Source: an uncultured Veillonellaceae bacterium
Lineage (GTDB): Bacteria > Bacillota > Negativicutes > UBA1444
Assembly: GCA_964386615.1 (NCBI GenBank)
Contig: CAYLSL010000003.1
Span: forward strand, 1-50,425
Reading direction: 5' to 3'
DNA length: 50,425 nt
Shown here: one piece after another, positions 20,901 to 30,119 of the stretch
Numbering within the stretch: the first letter of the stretch is position 1
How the letters are laid out: each line of letters starts with the position of its first letter
Notes under the pieces: generated by a model
Told to the model about the DNA's origin: nothing
Database searches by the model: none
The model's input: the letters and a program-made list of their open reading frames with translations, nothing else
Program-made: the position numbers and the translations under genes

Positions 20901-21639
20901 CACTTTTCAAATCTTTGACTTCCATGGCACAAGCTTTGCCCTGAGCAATTACATTACGCTGTTCCTCGGTGATTTGTCCCAGTTCCATCGGTTTCCCCTT
21001 GATTGCGGAACCCATGATTATCTTTTCGCCACTGGTTTCTCCGCTACCGGTTGTGGCTGTTGCCGAAGTTTCCTGCGGCAATGCCTGCAGCAGGCAGTCA
21101 AGTTCGTCAAAACAAACAGCAGCCTCCACCACTTCAACCCGCAGCTCAATATTCAAGCCAAACTGTTCGAACAGAAAAAGCGGGAAACTCTTTTCAAAGT
21201 CTTCCCGCTGGAGCAGATCCAGTTCTAATGCTCGCCGCAGCGTAATCAGCAAGCTGGTATCAGCCCACTGCCAGTCGGCCATTAATAATGCGCGACGGCT
21301 AAGCGGACTGAGCCGGGGCAGCGCACCGATCAATTGTTCTTTTTTCTCACACAGCGCTTGCGGGTCAAAAATCAATCGTTGATCGATTTCCAGTTTTTCC
21401 AGACAGGTCGCCTGACGCAAAAAACGTTCAACCTGTTGACAATCGGCTGCCGGTAGTAAGGCAGGCACAAACAGAACAATTTTGCAGTGCCCGGAACCGG
21501 AATCGACAGTTACTGCATCCAGCCTGCTTCGTTCAAGAATCTGGCGGGAATCGGCAGATAAGGGCAATTCCCTTGTTATATTCATCAAAACATTCTTGTC
21601 TGACGGTGCAATACAATAGGTCAAATCCTGACACCCCAT
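17962..21639 (-). CDS. polC: DNA polymerase III alpha subunit, PolC type, lacking the internal 3'-5' exonuclease domain
   Basis: 1225 aa with PHP motif VELHAHTQMSSMD, Zn finger CTACRYSEF...CPVCAT, GYLVGSRGSVGSSFVA, KYMFPKAHAVAYV and C-terminal LPESDQMQLF. No Exo I/II/III motifs. The start could instead be ATG 21585 (MNITRELP...); neither start has a strong SD. Confidence 0.9.
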   Translation of the reverse strand: MGCQDLTYCIAPSDKNVLMNITRELPLSADSRQILERSRLDAVTVDSGSGHCKIVLFVPALLPAADCQQVERFLRQATCLEKLEIDQRLIFDPQALCEKKEQLIGALPRLSPLSRRALLMADWQWADTSLLITLRRALELDLLQREDFEKSFPLFLFEQFGLNIELRVEVVEAAVCFDELDCLLQALPQETSATATTGSGETSGEKIIMGSAIKGKPMELGQITEEQRNVIAQGKACAMEVKDLKSGRSLLSFALEDSTCAISCKAYFENSAEANKKMELMKAGNSLIKVKGTVMDDKYLRELVLQAEHISRSEAEPLRDKAEKKRVELHAHTQMSSMDSVVSVAALIRTAEQYGHSAVAITDHGVVQAFPFAQEIVQKSKVKVIYGMEGYLFDQDISQSNHIIILAKNSQGLRNLYRLVSLSHIKFFHRTPRIPRSALIELREGLVLGSACEAGEFYRAILNGAPNDELLDIAAFYDFLEIQPCANNEFLIRNGQVFDLEQLQEYNRKVCEIGRLSGKPVAATCDVHFLRPEDEVFRRILMSGQKYADADLQAPLYYRNTEEMLAEFAYLGEELATEVVINAPRQIADSIERLQPIPDELYSPDIPGADDSIRNMSFAKARELYGEALPALVADRLTNELDSIINNGFGVLYLIAHKLVKKSMDDGYLVGSRGSVGSSFVATMTGITEVNPLPPHWRCTACRYSEFADEGQYGGGFDLPDKDCPVCATAMTKDGHNIPFAVFMGFEGDKVPDIDLNFSGDYQATAHKYTEELFGRDNVFRAGTISTIAEKTAYGYVANYLEERKQPGTNANINRLVRGCAGVKKTTGQHPGGIMVVPRHMDVHHFTPIQHPADDRTSGTVTTHFDYHSISSRLVKLDILGHDDPTVIKMLERLTGLDAKQIPFDDQATMSLFYSTEALGLTAAQLKSPVATLGIPEFGTRFVRQMLEETRPKRFSELVRISGFSHGTDVWINNAQDLIRDKLATLSEAISARDDIMVTLMHKGVAPKMAFDIMENVRKGKGVKPNQVQAMQEKGVPEWFIQSCQKIKYMFPKAHAVAYVMMAFRIAWFKVHRPLAFYAAYFTIRAEDFDPAAVIRGEAGINAVISELDSKGNGASHKEKAMIGVMETAREMVLRGFSFLPIDLYRSHASEFLIVEKGLLPPLAALPGLGTAAAQSIVDSRADRPFSSQDDLRIRGHVSKTIIELLRQQGCLDSLPESDQMQLFG

Positions 21640-21674
21640 GTTTCAATGTGAACGTTAGTGAAACCGCAAAAGAG

Positions 21675-23378
21675 TTATAGTGTTGATAATAACCGGCTCA
21701 CATGATCGACATATTCATTCACCGGGTACATCATGCTTTCTTTATTACGGCGAACTTTCACTTCAACGCAATTTTCTTTCAGCGCCTTCGGCCCCACGGT
21801 AATACGAACCGGGTAACCGATCAGGTCGGCATCTTTAAATTTGACACCGGACCTTTCGTCGCGGTCGTCAAGCACCACTTCGATGCCAGCGGTCGTCAAT
21901 TCCTGGTATACTTTTTCCGCCATTGCCATTTGCGGTTCATCCTTAATGTTGATCGGGACAATAACGACTTGATATGGCGCAATGGCTGCCGGCCAAATGA
22001 TTCCGTCCGCATCGTGATGTTGCTCAATCGCTGCTGCCATGGTCCGGCTTACCCCAACGCCATAGCAACCCATGACCATCAATTTTTCTTGTCCATCCTC
22101 ATCCAGATAAGTTGCATCAAGTGACTGCGAGTATTTTGTGTGCAGCTTGAATACCTGGCCCACTTCAATACCGCGGGCTGTTTTCACACTAGCGCCGCAA
22201 CGCGGGCAGGGATCCCCTTCCCGAATCAGGCGGATGTCGCCGATGATTGACGCTTTGATATCGCGTGAAGGCAGTACGTTGATGTAATGCTGATCCAAAA
22301 CATTAGCACCACAGACCGCCTTTTGCATATTCATTACACTGGCATCGGCAACCACGGTCACTTTTTCAAGCCCGACCGGTCCCAAATAGCCGGGTTCACT
22401 ATGGAAGGCAGCACGAATATCTTTCTCAGCCGCCATTTCCAGTTGCAGGACATTCAGTAAATTTGACAGTTTGATCTCGTTCACTTCATGATCGCCACGG
22501 ACCAAAGCAAGTACCGGCCCTTTTTCCGTCACAAAAGCCAAGGATTTTATCAGATGTTCAGCAGACAGCGACAAAAATTCAACGACTTCCTGAATTGTCT
22601 TTTTACCGGGAGTCGCCATTGTTTCAATTGCTCCAGCCGTTTCTTCAACAGCTGCAATCGGCAATAGTTCCGCTTTTTCCACATTGGCGGCAAAATCGCA
22701 ACTGTCGCAATAGGCAATGGCGGCTTCGCCTGAATCAGCGATTACCATGAATTCATGGGTACCACTGCCGCCGATAGCGCCCGGATCTGCTTCTACCGGG
22801 CGGAACTCCAGACCGCAACGGGTAAAGATCCGGCTGTAGGCATCGTACATTTTTTTATAACTTAGCTCCAGTCCAGCCACATCACGGTCGAAGGAATAAA
22901 GATCCTTCATGATGAATTCCCGACCGCGCATCAGGCCAAATCGAGGCCGAATTTCGTCGCGGTACTTGTTTTGAATTTGATAGACGAGCAGCGGTAACTG
23001 CCGATATGAACGCACATCAGACTTCACCAATGTCGTCACCATTTCTTCATGTGTCGGTCCAAGACAAAAATCTCGCTGATGTCGGTCTTTCAAGCGGAAC
23101 ATTTCATCGCCGTAAACATCCCAACGACCAGTCTGTTGCCAGATTTCCGCCGGTTGAACAATTGGCATCGCAATTTCCTGGCCACCCTTGGCATCCATCT
23201 CTTCCCGTACGATCTGTTCAATCTTGCGCAGCGTCCGCCAAGCCAAAGGCAGATAGGAATAAACGCCTCCGGCAGCCTTGCGGATCATCCCGGCCCGAAG
23301 CATCAACTGATGGCTTGGCACCTCAGCCTCAGCCGGAACCTCACGCAGTGTCGGCGCGTATAAATTAGACATTTTCAT
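21675..23378 (-). CDS. proS: proline--tRNA ligase (bacterial type with editing insertion)
   Basis: [19 protein letters not shown] start at ATG 23378 with AAGGGGGAAG upstream. Class II motifs. About 567 aa. Confidence 0.95.
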   Translation of the reverse strand: MKMSNLYAPTLREVPAEAEVPSHQLMLRAGMIRKAAGGVYSYLPLAWRTLRKIEQIVREEMDAKGGQEIAMPIVQPAEIWQQTGRWDVYGDEMFRLKDRHQRDFCLGPTHEEMVTTLVKSDVRSYRQLPLLVYQIQNKYRDEIRPRFGLMRGREFIMKDLYSFDRDVAGLELSYKKMYDAYSRIFTRCGLEFRPVEADPGAIGGSGTHEFMVIADSGEAAIAYCDSCDFAANVEKAELLPIAAVEETAGAIETMATPGKKTIQEVVEFLSLSAEHLIKSLAFVTEKGPVLALVRGDHEVNEIKLSNLLNVLQLEMAAEKDIRAAFHSEPGYLGPVGLEKVTVVADASVMNMQKAVCGANVLDQHYINVLPSRDIKASIIGDIRLIREGDPCPRCGASVKTARGIEVGQVFKLHTKYSQSLDATYLDEDGQEKLMVMGCYGVGVSRTMAAAIEQHHDADGIIWPAAIAPYQVVIVPINIKDEPQMAMAEKVYQELTTAGIEVVLDDRDERSGVKFKDADLIGYPVRITVGPKALKENCVEVKVRRNKESMMYPVNEYVDHVSRLLSTL

Positions 23379-23379
23379 A

Positions 23380-24459
23380 TTATTCTTCCCCCTTGTCAAG
23401 TCGGTCTATTTCAGCAAATAAAGCCTCAGCCAGTTTTTCTTCCGGTACCTTGGCAATAATTTCGCCTTTACGGAACAAGATCCCTTCCCCTTTGCCGCCG
23501 GCTATCCCGACATCGGCTTCCCGAGCCTCGCCAGGACCATTGACGACACACCCCATGACGGCAACCGTCAATGGGCGCGATAACGTCTGAATTCGTTGTT
23601 CAACCTGCTCCGCCAGCGAAATCAGATCGATGTTGCATCGACCACAAGTCGGGCAAGACACAAGGATTGGTGTAAATCGCCGCAATCCCAGCGATTGGAG
23701 AATATCGCGGGCCACCCGGATTTCTTCGACAGGATCGGCGGTCAGCGAAACCCTGATCGTATCGCCGATTCCTTCCGCCAACAGCGTTCCGATCCCCACA
23801 GCAGATTTGATTATTCCCACACGGGGCGTGCCTGCTTCGGTCACACCCAGATGCAGCGGATAATCGACCTGCTCTGACATCAAACGGTATGATTGAATAG
23901 TAAGCGGCACGTCATTCGCTTTCAGTGAAATTTTGATATCAAAAAAATCCAGCTGCTCAAGAATCTTCACATGCTGCAATGCGCTTTCTACCAATGCTTC
24001 TGCAGTGGCGTGCCCGCCATGCTTGGCCAGCATGGCAGAATCCAATGAACCGGCATTCACGCCAATCCGAATCGGAATCCGTTTTGCTTTCGCCGCCTGC
24101 ACAACTGCGCGAACCTGTTCACGATCTTTGATATTCCCTGGATTCAATCGCAAGGCATCGACACCGCGGCCAATCACTTCCAATGCCAGTCGATAGTCAA
24201 AATGAATATCAGCTACGATAGGAATATCCACCGCTTCTTTGATGGATGAAATCGCACAAGCCGCATCCAGGTCAGGAATCGCCAGGCGGATAATTTCACA
24301 ACCGGCTGTCTGCAGCGTTTTAATCTGCGCAACGGTTGCAGCAACATCAGCAGTTTTTGTCGTAGTCATCGACTGAATGACAATCGGCTGATTGCCGCCA
24401 ATGCCAATCGCACCAATATTAACGACCCTTGTCAGTTTACGGAGAAACACTTTATTCAT
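23380..24459 (-). CDS. ispG: 4-hydroxy-3-methylbut-2-en-1-yl diphosphate synthase
   Basis: 359 aa with C-terminal Fe-S cysteines CPTCGRC...GCVVNGPGE. Confidence 0.95.
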   Translation of the reverse strand: MNKVFLRKLTRVVNIGAIGIGGNQPIVIQSMTTTKTADVAATVAQIKTLQTAGCEIIRLAIPDLDAACAISSIKEAVDIPIVADIHFDYRLALEVIGRGVDALRLNPGNIKDREQVRAVVQAAKAKRIPIRIGVNAGSLDSAMLAKHGGHATAEALVESALQHVKILEQLDFFDIKISLKANDVPLTIQSYRLMSEQVDYPLHLGVTEAGTPRVGIIKSAVGIGTLLAEGIGDTIRVSLTADPVEEIRVARDILQSLGLRRFTPILVSCPTCGRCNIDLISLAEQVEQRIQTLSRPLTVAVMGCVVNGPGEAREADVGIAGGKGEGILFRKGEIIAKVPEEKLAEALFAEIDRLDKGEE

Positions 24460-24473
24460 TAGTTTACACTCCG

Positions 24474-25502
24474 TTAAAACAAGTTAAGCCGGATCAAGTC
24501 TTTAAAGGTTGCGAACAGCATCAACAACCCCAGCAGAGCCATTCCGACCATTTGCGTATAATGAGCCTGCTTCGAACTGAGCGGTTTACGCCGCACCGCT
24601 TCCAGCAACAACGTAATCAAATGGCCACCATCGAGCATCGGTACCGGCAGCAAGTTGATCAAACCCAAGTTAATGCTTAAGAAGCCGGCAAACTGCAACA
24701 AGGGGATAAAGCCCAACTGGGCCATCTCGCCGGTTAAGCGCATCACACCAATCGGTCCGGCAATATCCGCTTCTGCTTTACCGGTAAACATTTGGCCCAA
24801 ACCCGTCAACATTTTGCCGGCAATCACGATTGTCTGATTGACTGCACGCGATGCGGCATCAAAAAAGCCCAGTTTTTGTTTGTCGATTACTGGTACGATC
24901 CCAATCAGAGCCCGCCCCGACTTGGCATCAATTTCCGGAATCATCGTCACCGTTCGCGGCTTGCCTGCCGCAGTCACCAATTCCAACTGCAAAGAATCTT
25001 TGGAAACACGAATGGTTTCCACTACTTCCCGCCAAGTAGCGACAGCAGTTCCATTCACTTTAACGATCTTATCGCCGACCGACAAACCGGACTGCACGGC
25101 TGGTTTTCCTGGAACCAGGGCACCGATCATTGGTTTATCCGATACAGTCTCAATACCATTGGCAAGAAAAACGATCGTAAACAGCAGAACCGGCAAAACA
25201 AAATTCATCAGTGAACCGGCGGCAATTACCACCGCCCGCGCCCACACCGGCTTGCGGGAAAATCCCCGTTCATCCTGTTCTTCTTCCGGGTCCATGCCGT
25301 CGATTTTATTGTAACCGCCCAGTGGAATTACCCGCACGGAATATTCGGTTTCACCGGATTTTTTCCAGAGAAATTTGGGACCGAAGCCGATCGCGAATTC
25401 CGTAACCCGCATTCCGGTCAATTTTGCCGTAATAAAATGACCCAACTCATGCACCAGCACCAGTAGACCAAACACAAAAATCGTGGCGATAACGGTTGTC
25501 AT
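24474..25502 (-). CDS. rseP: RIP site-2 metalloprotease RseP/RasP
   Basis: 342 aa with HELGHF zinc motif, a single PDZ and NLLPVPMLDGGH. ATGA overlap with dxr. Confidence 0.93.
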   Translation of the reverse strand: MTTVIATIFVFGLLVLVHELGHFITAKLTGMRVTEFAIGFGPKFLWKKSGETEYSVRVIPLGGYNKIDGMDPEEEQDERGFSRKPVWARAVVIAAGSLMNFVLPVLLFTIVFLANGIETVSDKPMIGALVPGKPAVQSGLSVGDKIVKVNGTAVATWREVVETIRVSKDSLQLELVTAAGKPRTVTMIPEIDAKSGRALIGIVPVIDKQKLGFFDAASRAVNQTIVIAGKMLTGLGQMFTGKAEADIAGPIGVMRLTGEMAQLGFIPLLQFAGFLSINLGLINLLPVPMLDGGHLITLLLEAVRRKPLSSKQAHYTQMVGMALLGLLMLFATFKDLIRLNLF

Positions 25503-26662
25503 TTACTCCCCACCCTGTCAATAGTTTCAGCCGCGAAGCGGCGGGCCCAGGCATCAGCTTCAATATAGTCTTCCAATACTGGCAATGTCACTCCAACATG
25601 CGCAGACAAGACATTTTCCACAACGGGAATCAAATCGCCAAAACCAATTTTCCCATCAATAAAGGCCTGCACGGCAATTTCATTGGCTGCATTTAAGACG
25701 CAAGGAAATGTGCCTCCCTGCCTGCCTGCTGCATAAGCCAATGGCAATGCCCGAAAAGTTTCCGTATCCGGTGGTTCAAAGGTCAACGAAAAAGTATGGG
25801 TAAAATCCATCCGGGTATAGGCAATACCAAGACGATCACCTTGGTTAAGCGCATACTGGATTGGTAGTTTCATGTCAGGCAATCCCATTTGCGCTTTCAC
25901 TGATCCATCAATAAATTCTACCATGGAATGAACAATACTTTGCGGATGTACCGTTACATCGATTTTTTCATAATCAATATCAAACAACCAACGTGCTTCG
26001 ATCACCTCAAGTCCCTTATTCATCAACGTCGCCGAGTCGATCGTTATTTTTCTTCCCATCGTCCAGTTGGGGTGCTTCAAACACTCATTCAATGTAACCT
26101 TGGCAAGTTCAGCCCTCTTGCGACCACGAAACGGACCGCCGGAAGCAGTCAGCAGCAGGCGATGAATCCCCTTGCCCGCTTCGCCGACCAGACATTGGGC
26201 AATCGCACTATGTTCACTGTCAACAGGAACGACCGCAACCTTTTTTTGCTTTGCCAACCCCATGACAAGAGCGCCAGCAGCAACCAAAGTCTCCTTATTG
26301 GCAATAGCCAGCGTCTTGCCTGCGTTAATACAAGCAAGTGATGGCGCAAGGCCGGTAAAACCGACCAGTGAATTTAACACAACATTCGTATCCGCATAGG
26401 ACGCTGCATCCTGTAACGCTGCCTCGCCTGAACAAAAAGCAATCCCGTCAGGCACACCCTCTTGTTGAAATGTTTTTGCAGCGGCTTCATCTGTTAATAC
26501 GACCAATTCAGGCTTAAACCGCTCAATCTGTTGTCGCAGCAAATGATGATTGGCATGCGCCGTCAATACTTTTACTTTAAACATCTCGGAATTGGCAGCG
26601 ATTACTTCCAGCGTTTGCGTACCAATTGAACCCGTGCTGCCTAAAACCGCTACCGTAATCAT
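25499..26662 (-). CDS. dxr: 1-deoxy-D-xylulose 5-phosphate reductoisomerase
   Basis: MITVAVLGSTGSIGTQTL start at ATG 26662 (the track's GTG at 26677 abuts its SD). NKGLEVIEA motif. Confidence 0.93.
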   Translation of the reverse strand: MITVAVLGSTGSIGTQTLEVIAANSEMFKVKVLTAHANHHLLRQQIERFKPELVVLTDEAAAKTFQQEGVPDGIAFCSGEAALQDAASYADTNVVLNSLVGFTGLAPSLACINAGKTLAIANKETLVAAGALVMGLAKQKKVAVVPVDSEHSAIAQCLVGEAGKGIHRLLLTASGGPFRGRKRAELAKVTLNECLKHPNWTMGRKITIDSATLMNKGLEVIEARWLFDIDYEKIDVTVHPQSIVHSMVEFIDGSVKAQMGLPDMKLPIQYALNQGDRLGIAYTRMDFTHTFSLTFEPPDTETFRALPLAYAAGRQGGTFPCVLNAANEIAVQAFIDGKIGFGDLIPVVENVLSAHVGVTLPVLEDYIEADAWARRFAAETIDRVGSK

Positions 26663-26686
26663 ATACGATGACCCCACTTCCTCAAT

Positions 26687-27433
26687 CTATCTTCCTGCGA
26701 TATAAACCAGATAGTAATAGACCGCAGGAACTGAAAACAAAAGGCTATCAACCCGATCCAGCACTCCACCGTGACCGGGAAAAAACCGCCCTGAATCTTT
26801 CACACCCATATGACGTTTCAACGCCGATTCGACTAAATCGCCCAATTGGCAAAAAACGCCAACCAAACTCCCGCAAACCAAGCTGTCCAGCCATGAAAAT
26901 TCCATATAATAACCTGTAATCAAGGTGGCAACAATACAACCAAAAAATCCGAACAAAGCCCCTTCGACACTTTTTGCCGGACTGATCGGCGGGCATAGCT
27001 TATGGCGGCCCCAACGGGTTCCGCCAAAATAGGCTGTCGTGTCACAGGCCCAGGTTCCAACCATCGCCATCGCAAAATATTGCATCCCCGTGCTATCTGG
27101 TAATAAGCGCAATAAAATAAAATGGGCGAACGGAATACCAATATAAATAATACCGAGTAAATTATACATTGCATCGAGAAAAACGAAATGTGCATAGTTG
27201 AGGACTACCAGTGACAGTACTGCACTCAAGGCAAGAAAAACAAGCGGAGTCAAATGGGCGATACCAAAAAACCACGCAGATAGCGACAATGCGAGTATCA
27301 AACTTCCACCCAGGAGTGTTAACGGCTGCAGCCCTTTTTGTTTCATCATGACAACATATTCTTGCCAACCAACCAGCGCCAAAAAAATCATGGCAGACGC
27401 AAACAGATTTCCGCCCTGCCAAAAAAGGTACAA
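26687..27433 (-). CDS. cdsA: phosphatidate cytidylyltransferase
   Basis: Signature SALKRHMGVKDSGRFFPGHGGVLDRVDS. The track start is TTG 27433. The frame stays open to a CTG at 27478, 6 nt after GGAGGA (see findings). Confidence 0.9.
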   Translation of the reverse strand: MYLFWQGGNLFASAMIFLALVGWQEYVVMMKQKGLQPLTLLGGSLILALSLSAWFFGIAHLTPLVFLALSAVLSLVVLNYAHFVFLDAMYNLLGIIYIGIPFAHFILLRLLPDSTGMQYFAMAMVGTWACDTTAYFGGTRWGRHKLCPPISPAKSVEGALFGFFGCIVATLITGYYMEFSWLDSLVCGSLVGVFCQLGDLVESALKRHMGVKDSGRFFPGHGGVLDRVDSLLFSVPAVYYYLVYIAGR

Positions 27434-27489
27434 CGCAACAGGTGTGGCAACCAGCGCTGTTAAAATCCTTGTTTTCAGGCCAATTCCTC

Positions 27490-28266
27490 CTATTTCGACG
27501 GCTTTATTCCGCCAAACCGGCGATCCCTGTGTTGATAATCAAAAATTGCCTGCCGAAAATGCCGCGGCGTAAAATCGGGCCACAAAGTATCCGTAACCCA
27601 TAATTCAGCATAGGCCAACTGCCATAACAGAAAATTGCTTATTCGCATGTCACCGCCCGGTCTGATCAGCAAATCCGGATCGGGCTGCCCACTGGTGAAA
27701 AGCCTTCTGGCAAACTGCGCTTCATCAATTTCTTCAACGGAAAGACGCGCCTCCAGCACGTCTTGTACCAGCATGCGTGTCGCATGAACAATCTCGGCGC
27801 GTCCGCCATAGTCAACCGCGAGATTGAGTTCAATTGCAGTACCTTGTGCCGTTTTCTGTTCGGCGTGTTCGATCCGTTTTTGCAGTTCAGTTCCCAAACG
27901 TTGCTTATTACCGATGAAACGAAGCCGGACTTGTTGCTCAACCAATCGGTCGACTTCATTATCCAGGTATGTCGAAAATAATTCCATCAAGAAACTTACT
28001 TCTTCCGTTGGCCTGCGCCAATTCTCCGTAGAAAAGGCATATGCGGTCAAAACCCTGACCCCGATGTCCGTCGCATCTGTGAGAATATCACGCAGAACCT
28101 CGGCTCCCGCTTTATGGCCAAAAGTTCGCGGCAAACCTCGCTTTTGCGCCCAACGCCCATTACCATCCATTATAATGGCAACATGCTGCGGTATTCGGGT
28201 TACATCTAATGGAACCAATTCGGTGGGCGCCTTTTCTTTTTGGCGACGCCATAATTTTGTTACCAA
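27490..28266 (-). CDS. uppS: isoprenyl transferase (undecaprenyl diphosphate synthase)
   Basis: 258 aa with TTG start after AAAGGAGAG. Motifs HVAIIMDGNGRWA and RPGGDMRISNFLLWQ. Confidence 0.95.
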   Translation of the reverse strand: MVTKLWRRQKEKAPTELVPLDVTRIPQHVAIIMDGNGRWAQKRGLPRTFGHKAGAEVLRDILTDATDIGVRVLTAYAFSTENWRRPTEEVSFLMELFSTYLDNEVDRLVEQQVRLRFIGNKQRLGTELQKRIEHAEQKTAQGTAIELNLAVDYGGRAEIVHATRMLVQDVLEARLSVEEIDEAQFARRLFTSGQPDPDLLIRPGGDMRISNFLLWQLAYAELWVTDTLWPDFTPRHFRQAIFDYQHRDRRFGGIKPSK

Positions 28267-28300
28267 ACGGCTCTCTCCTTTTTCCTTTCCCTGTAAGGGG

Positions 28301-28323
28301 AAACCCCCTCTCGTGAGGGGGTT
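28301..28323 (-). terminator. GC-rich hairpin (possible partial terminator/attenuator) between the ferredoxin gene and uppS
   Basis: Minus RNA AAACCCCCUC-ACGA-GAGGGGGUUU followed by CCCCUU. A second small hairpin, UUUCCC-CUUACA-GGGAAA, follows. The U-tract is poor. Confidence 0.45.
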
Positions 28324-28341
28324 TCGATCAAACGGCTTCGA

Positions 28342-28509
28342 TCAGGGCGCTTCGATTGCCGACACCGGACAAACCGCCGCACAGGCTCCACACTCTACGC
28401 AAGCGTCTTCTTCGATAACGTAAGGAGTGCCTTCCTTGATCGCGCCAACCGGACAGGTTGAAGCGCAAGTACCACACGCGACACACGAGTCATTAATTTT
28501 GTAAGACAA
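28342..28509 (-). CDS. 2x[4Fe-4S] clostridial-type ferredoxin (55 aa)
   Basis: Below the ORF-track length cutoff. My translation is MSYKINDSCVACGTCASTCPVGAIKEGTPYVIEEDACVECGACAAVCPVSAIEAP, with two CxxCxxCxxxCP motifs. TTG start lies 10 nt after AGGAGG. Confidence 0.85.
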   Translation of the reverse strand: MSYKINDSCVACGTCASTCPVGAIKEGTPYVIEEDACVECGACAAVCPVSAIEAP

Positions 28510-28511
28510 TT

Positions 28512-28715
28512 TCACTGCACCTCCTTTCCCATTTTTGCCGCGACAACCAAATAGCAGACACCGTCATGAATTGACTGGCGCAGGACATACTGGCAATCGT
28601 CCAACAATTGGAACTTATTAGAGCGGGGTGATGTTTTTATGACAACATACGGAGTCCCTTCTGCAGTCAAAACATTTTCCGCAACAGTAAGCGGGAACAT
28701 CAACAAGTCCGTCAA
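28512..28715 (-). CDS. small hypothetical protein (67 aa) coupled to the ferredoxin gene
   Basis: The ORF exactly fills the gap between the frr stop (28720) and the ferredoxin start. TTG start is preceded by GGAAG. Its last codons contain the ferredoxin SD. I recognise no family. Confidence 0.5.
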   Translation of the reverse strand: MTDLLMFPLTVAENVLTAEGTPYVVIKTSPRSNKFQLLDDCQYVLRQSIHDGVCYLVVAAKMGKEVQ

Positions 28716-28719
28716 GCGG

Positions 28720-29280
28720 TTACACTTCCATTATTTCTTTCTCTTTGGCCAACATGACGTGGTCAATTTCTTTGATATATTTATCCGTTAATTTTTGAAT
28801 TTCTTCTTGAGCTTTTTTCACTTCGTCCTCAGATGCGGTTTTATCCTTTTCAATTTTCTTTAATTCATCGTTCGCATCCCGCCGCAAATTTCGAATCGCG
28901 ACTCTGCTATCTTCGGCAAGTTTGTGCACACCTTTGGTCAGTTCCTGGCGCCGTTGCTGTGTCAACTGCGGCAAAATCAGGCGAATAACCATGCCGTCAT
29001 TATTTGGCGTTAACCCTAGATCAGATTTGAGAATCGCTTTTTCAATCACCGGTAGTGTTTTCTTATCCCACGGTTGGATAACAATCGTCCGCGGTTCAGG
29101 AATCGAGATATTCGCAACCTGATTAATGGGTGACGAGGCGCCATAATAATCAACGGTAATTCTGTCCAACAACCCGGTGGTCGCCCGTCCGGCCCGTAGG
29201 GATGCATATTCCCGCCGCAACACTTCGATTGCTTTTTTCATCCGGTCCTCGTGGGATGCGTAAATCTCTTTGATAGGCAT
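28720..29280 (-). CDS. frr: ribosome recycling factor
   Basis: [33 protein letters not shown] from ATG 29280, with GGAGGG 8 nt upstream. The track's TTG at 29286 overlaps the pyrH stop. Confidence 0.95.
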   Translation of the reverse strand: MPIKEIYASHEDRMKKAIEVLRREYASLRAGRATTGLLDRITVDYYGASSPINQVANISIPEPRTIVIQPWDKKTLPVIEKAILKSDLGLTPNNDGMVIRLILPQLTQQRRQELTKGVHKLAEDSRVAIRNLRRDANDELKKIEKDKTASEDEVKKAQEEIQKLTDKYIKEIDHVMLAKEKEIMEV

Positions 29281-29282
29281 AC

Positions 29283-30005
29283 TCAAATCCCTCCTACAAC
29301 AGTGCCGATCGATTGACCCAAGGCCGCTTTCACAATATTGCCAGGTTCATCAATGCCAAATACAATAAGGGGAATATTATTATCCATGCAAAGTGAGGTA
29401 GCGGTTGTATCCATTACACCCAAGCCGCGCTGAATCACTTCAAGATATTTCAACTCTTCAAATTTAATCGCATCAGGATTTAATTGCGGATCACTATCAT
29501 AAACACCATCTACATTCTTCTTGGCCATCAGAATAACATCCGCTTCAATTTCTGCTGCCCGAAGAGCCGCTGTGGTATCCGTCGAAAAGTAAGGATTCCC
29601 GGTTCCTGCTGCAAAAATAATGACGCGCCCCTTCTCAAGGTGGCGAATTGCCCGCCGTCGTATGTATGGTTCTGCAACTTGACGCATTTCGATTGCGGTT
29701 TGCACCCGGGTATCGACGTCACACTGCTCCAAGGCATCCTGTAGCGCCAAAGAATTGATGACCGTCGCCAACATCCCCATGTAATCGGCGGTAGCACGAT
29801 CCATGCCGCGCGAACTACCGGATAAACCGCGCCATATATTTCCCCCGCCAACAACGACAGCGACCTGCAACCCATTGCGCACCGTTTCTTTGATTTGTTT
29901 CGCCACAGAATCGACAACTGCCGGATCAATGCCATATCCTTTTTCACCGGCTAAGGCTTCACCGCTCAATTTTAGGACAACCCGCTTAAACTTTTTCGGC
30001 TCCAA
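29283..30005 (-). CDS. pyrH: UMP kinase
   Basis: 240 aa with TTG start after [16 protein letters not shown] and [11 protein letters not shown] motifs. Confidence 0.95.
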   Translation of the reverse strand: MEPKKFKRVVLKLSGEALAGEKGYGIDPAVVDSVAKQIKETVRNGLQVAVVVGGGNIWRGLSGSSRGMDRATADYMGMLATVINSLALQDALEQCDVDTRVQTAIEMRQVAEPYIRRRAIRHLEKGRVIIFAAGTGNPYFSTDTTAALRAAEIEADVILMAKKNVDGVYDSDPQLNPDAIKFEELKYLEVIQRGLGVMDTTATSLCMDNNIPLIVFGIDEPGNIVKAALGQSIGTVVGGI

Positions 30006-30063
30006 GGCATAACCTCCGTTCGTTACTCTATATCATATTCTACGGTGAAATTTGAATTCCTTC

Positions 30064-30100
30064 CGAAAAAGAGAGAACACGGACGTGTTCTCTCTTTGCA
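30064..30100 (-). terminator. intrinsic terminator after tsf
   Basis: Minus RNA GAGAGAACAC-GUCC-GUGUUCUCUC (10-bp stem, 30071-30094) followed by UUUUUCGG. Confidence 0.8.
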
Positions 30101-30119
30101 TTTGATTTTCTGATTGTAG

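Noticed and set aside
21640-21664. Inverted repeat GTTTCA-N13-TGAAAC between proS and polC
   Set aside because: The stem is only 6 bp and AT-rich, the loop is 13 nt and there is no U-tract. It is not credible as a terminator or operator without conservation data.
29528-29947. Same-strand alternative-frame ORFs inside pyrH (139 aa), and similar ones inside cdsA (26748-27422), tsf (30023-30247) and the cheB 3' end/cheA start junction (38819-39019)
   Set aside because: They are out-of-frame overlaps within strongly supported genes, with no SDs and arbitrary, motif-free translations.
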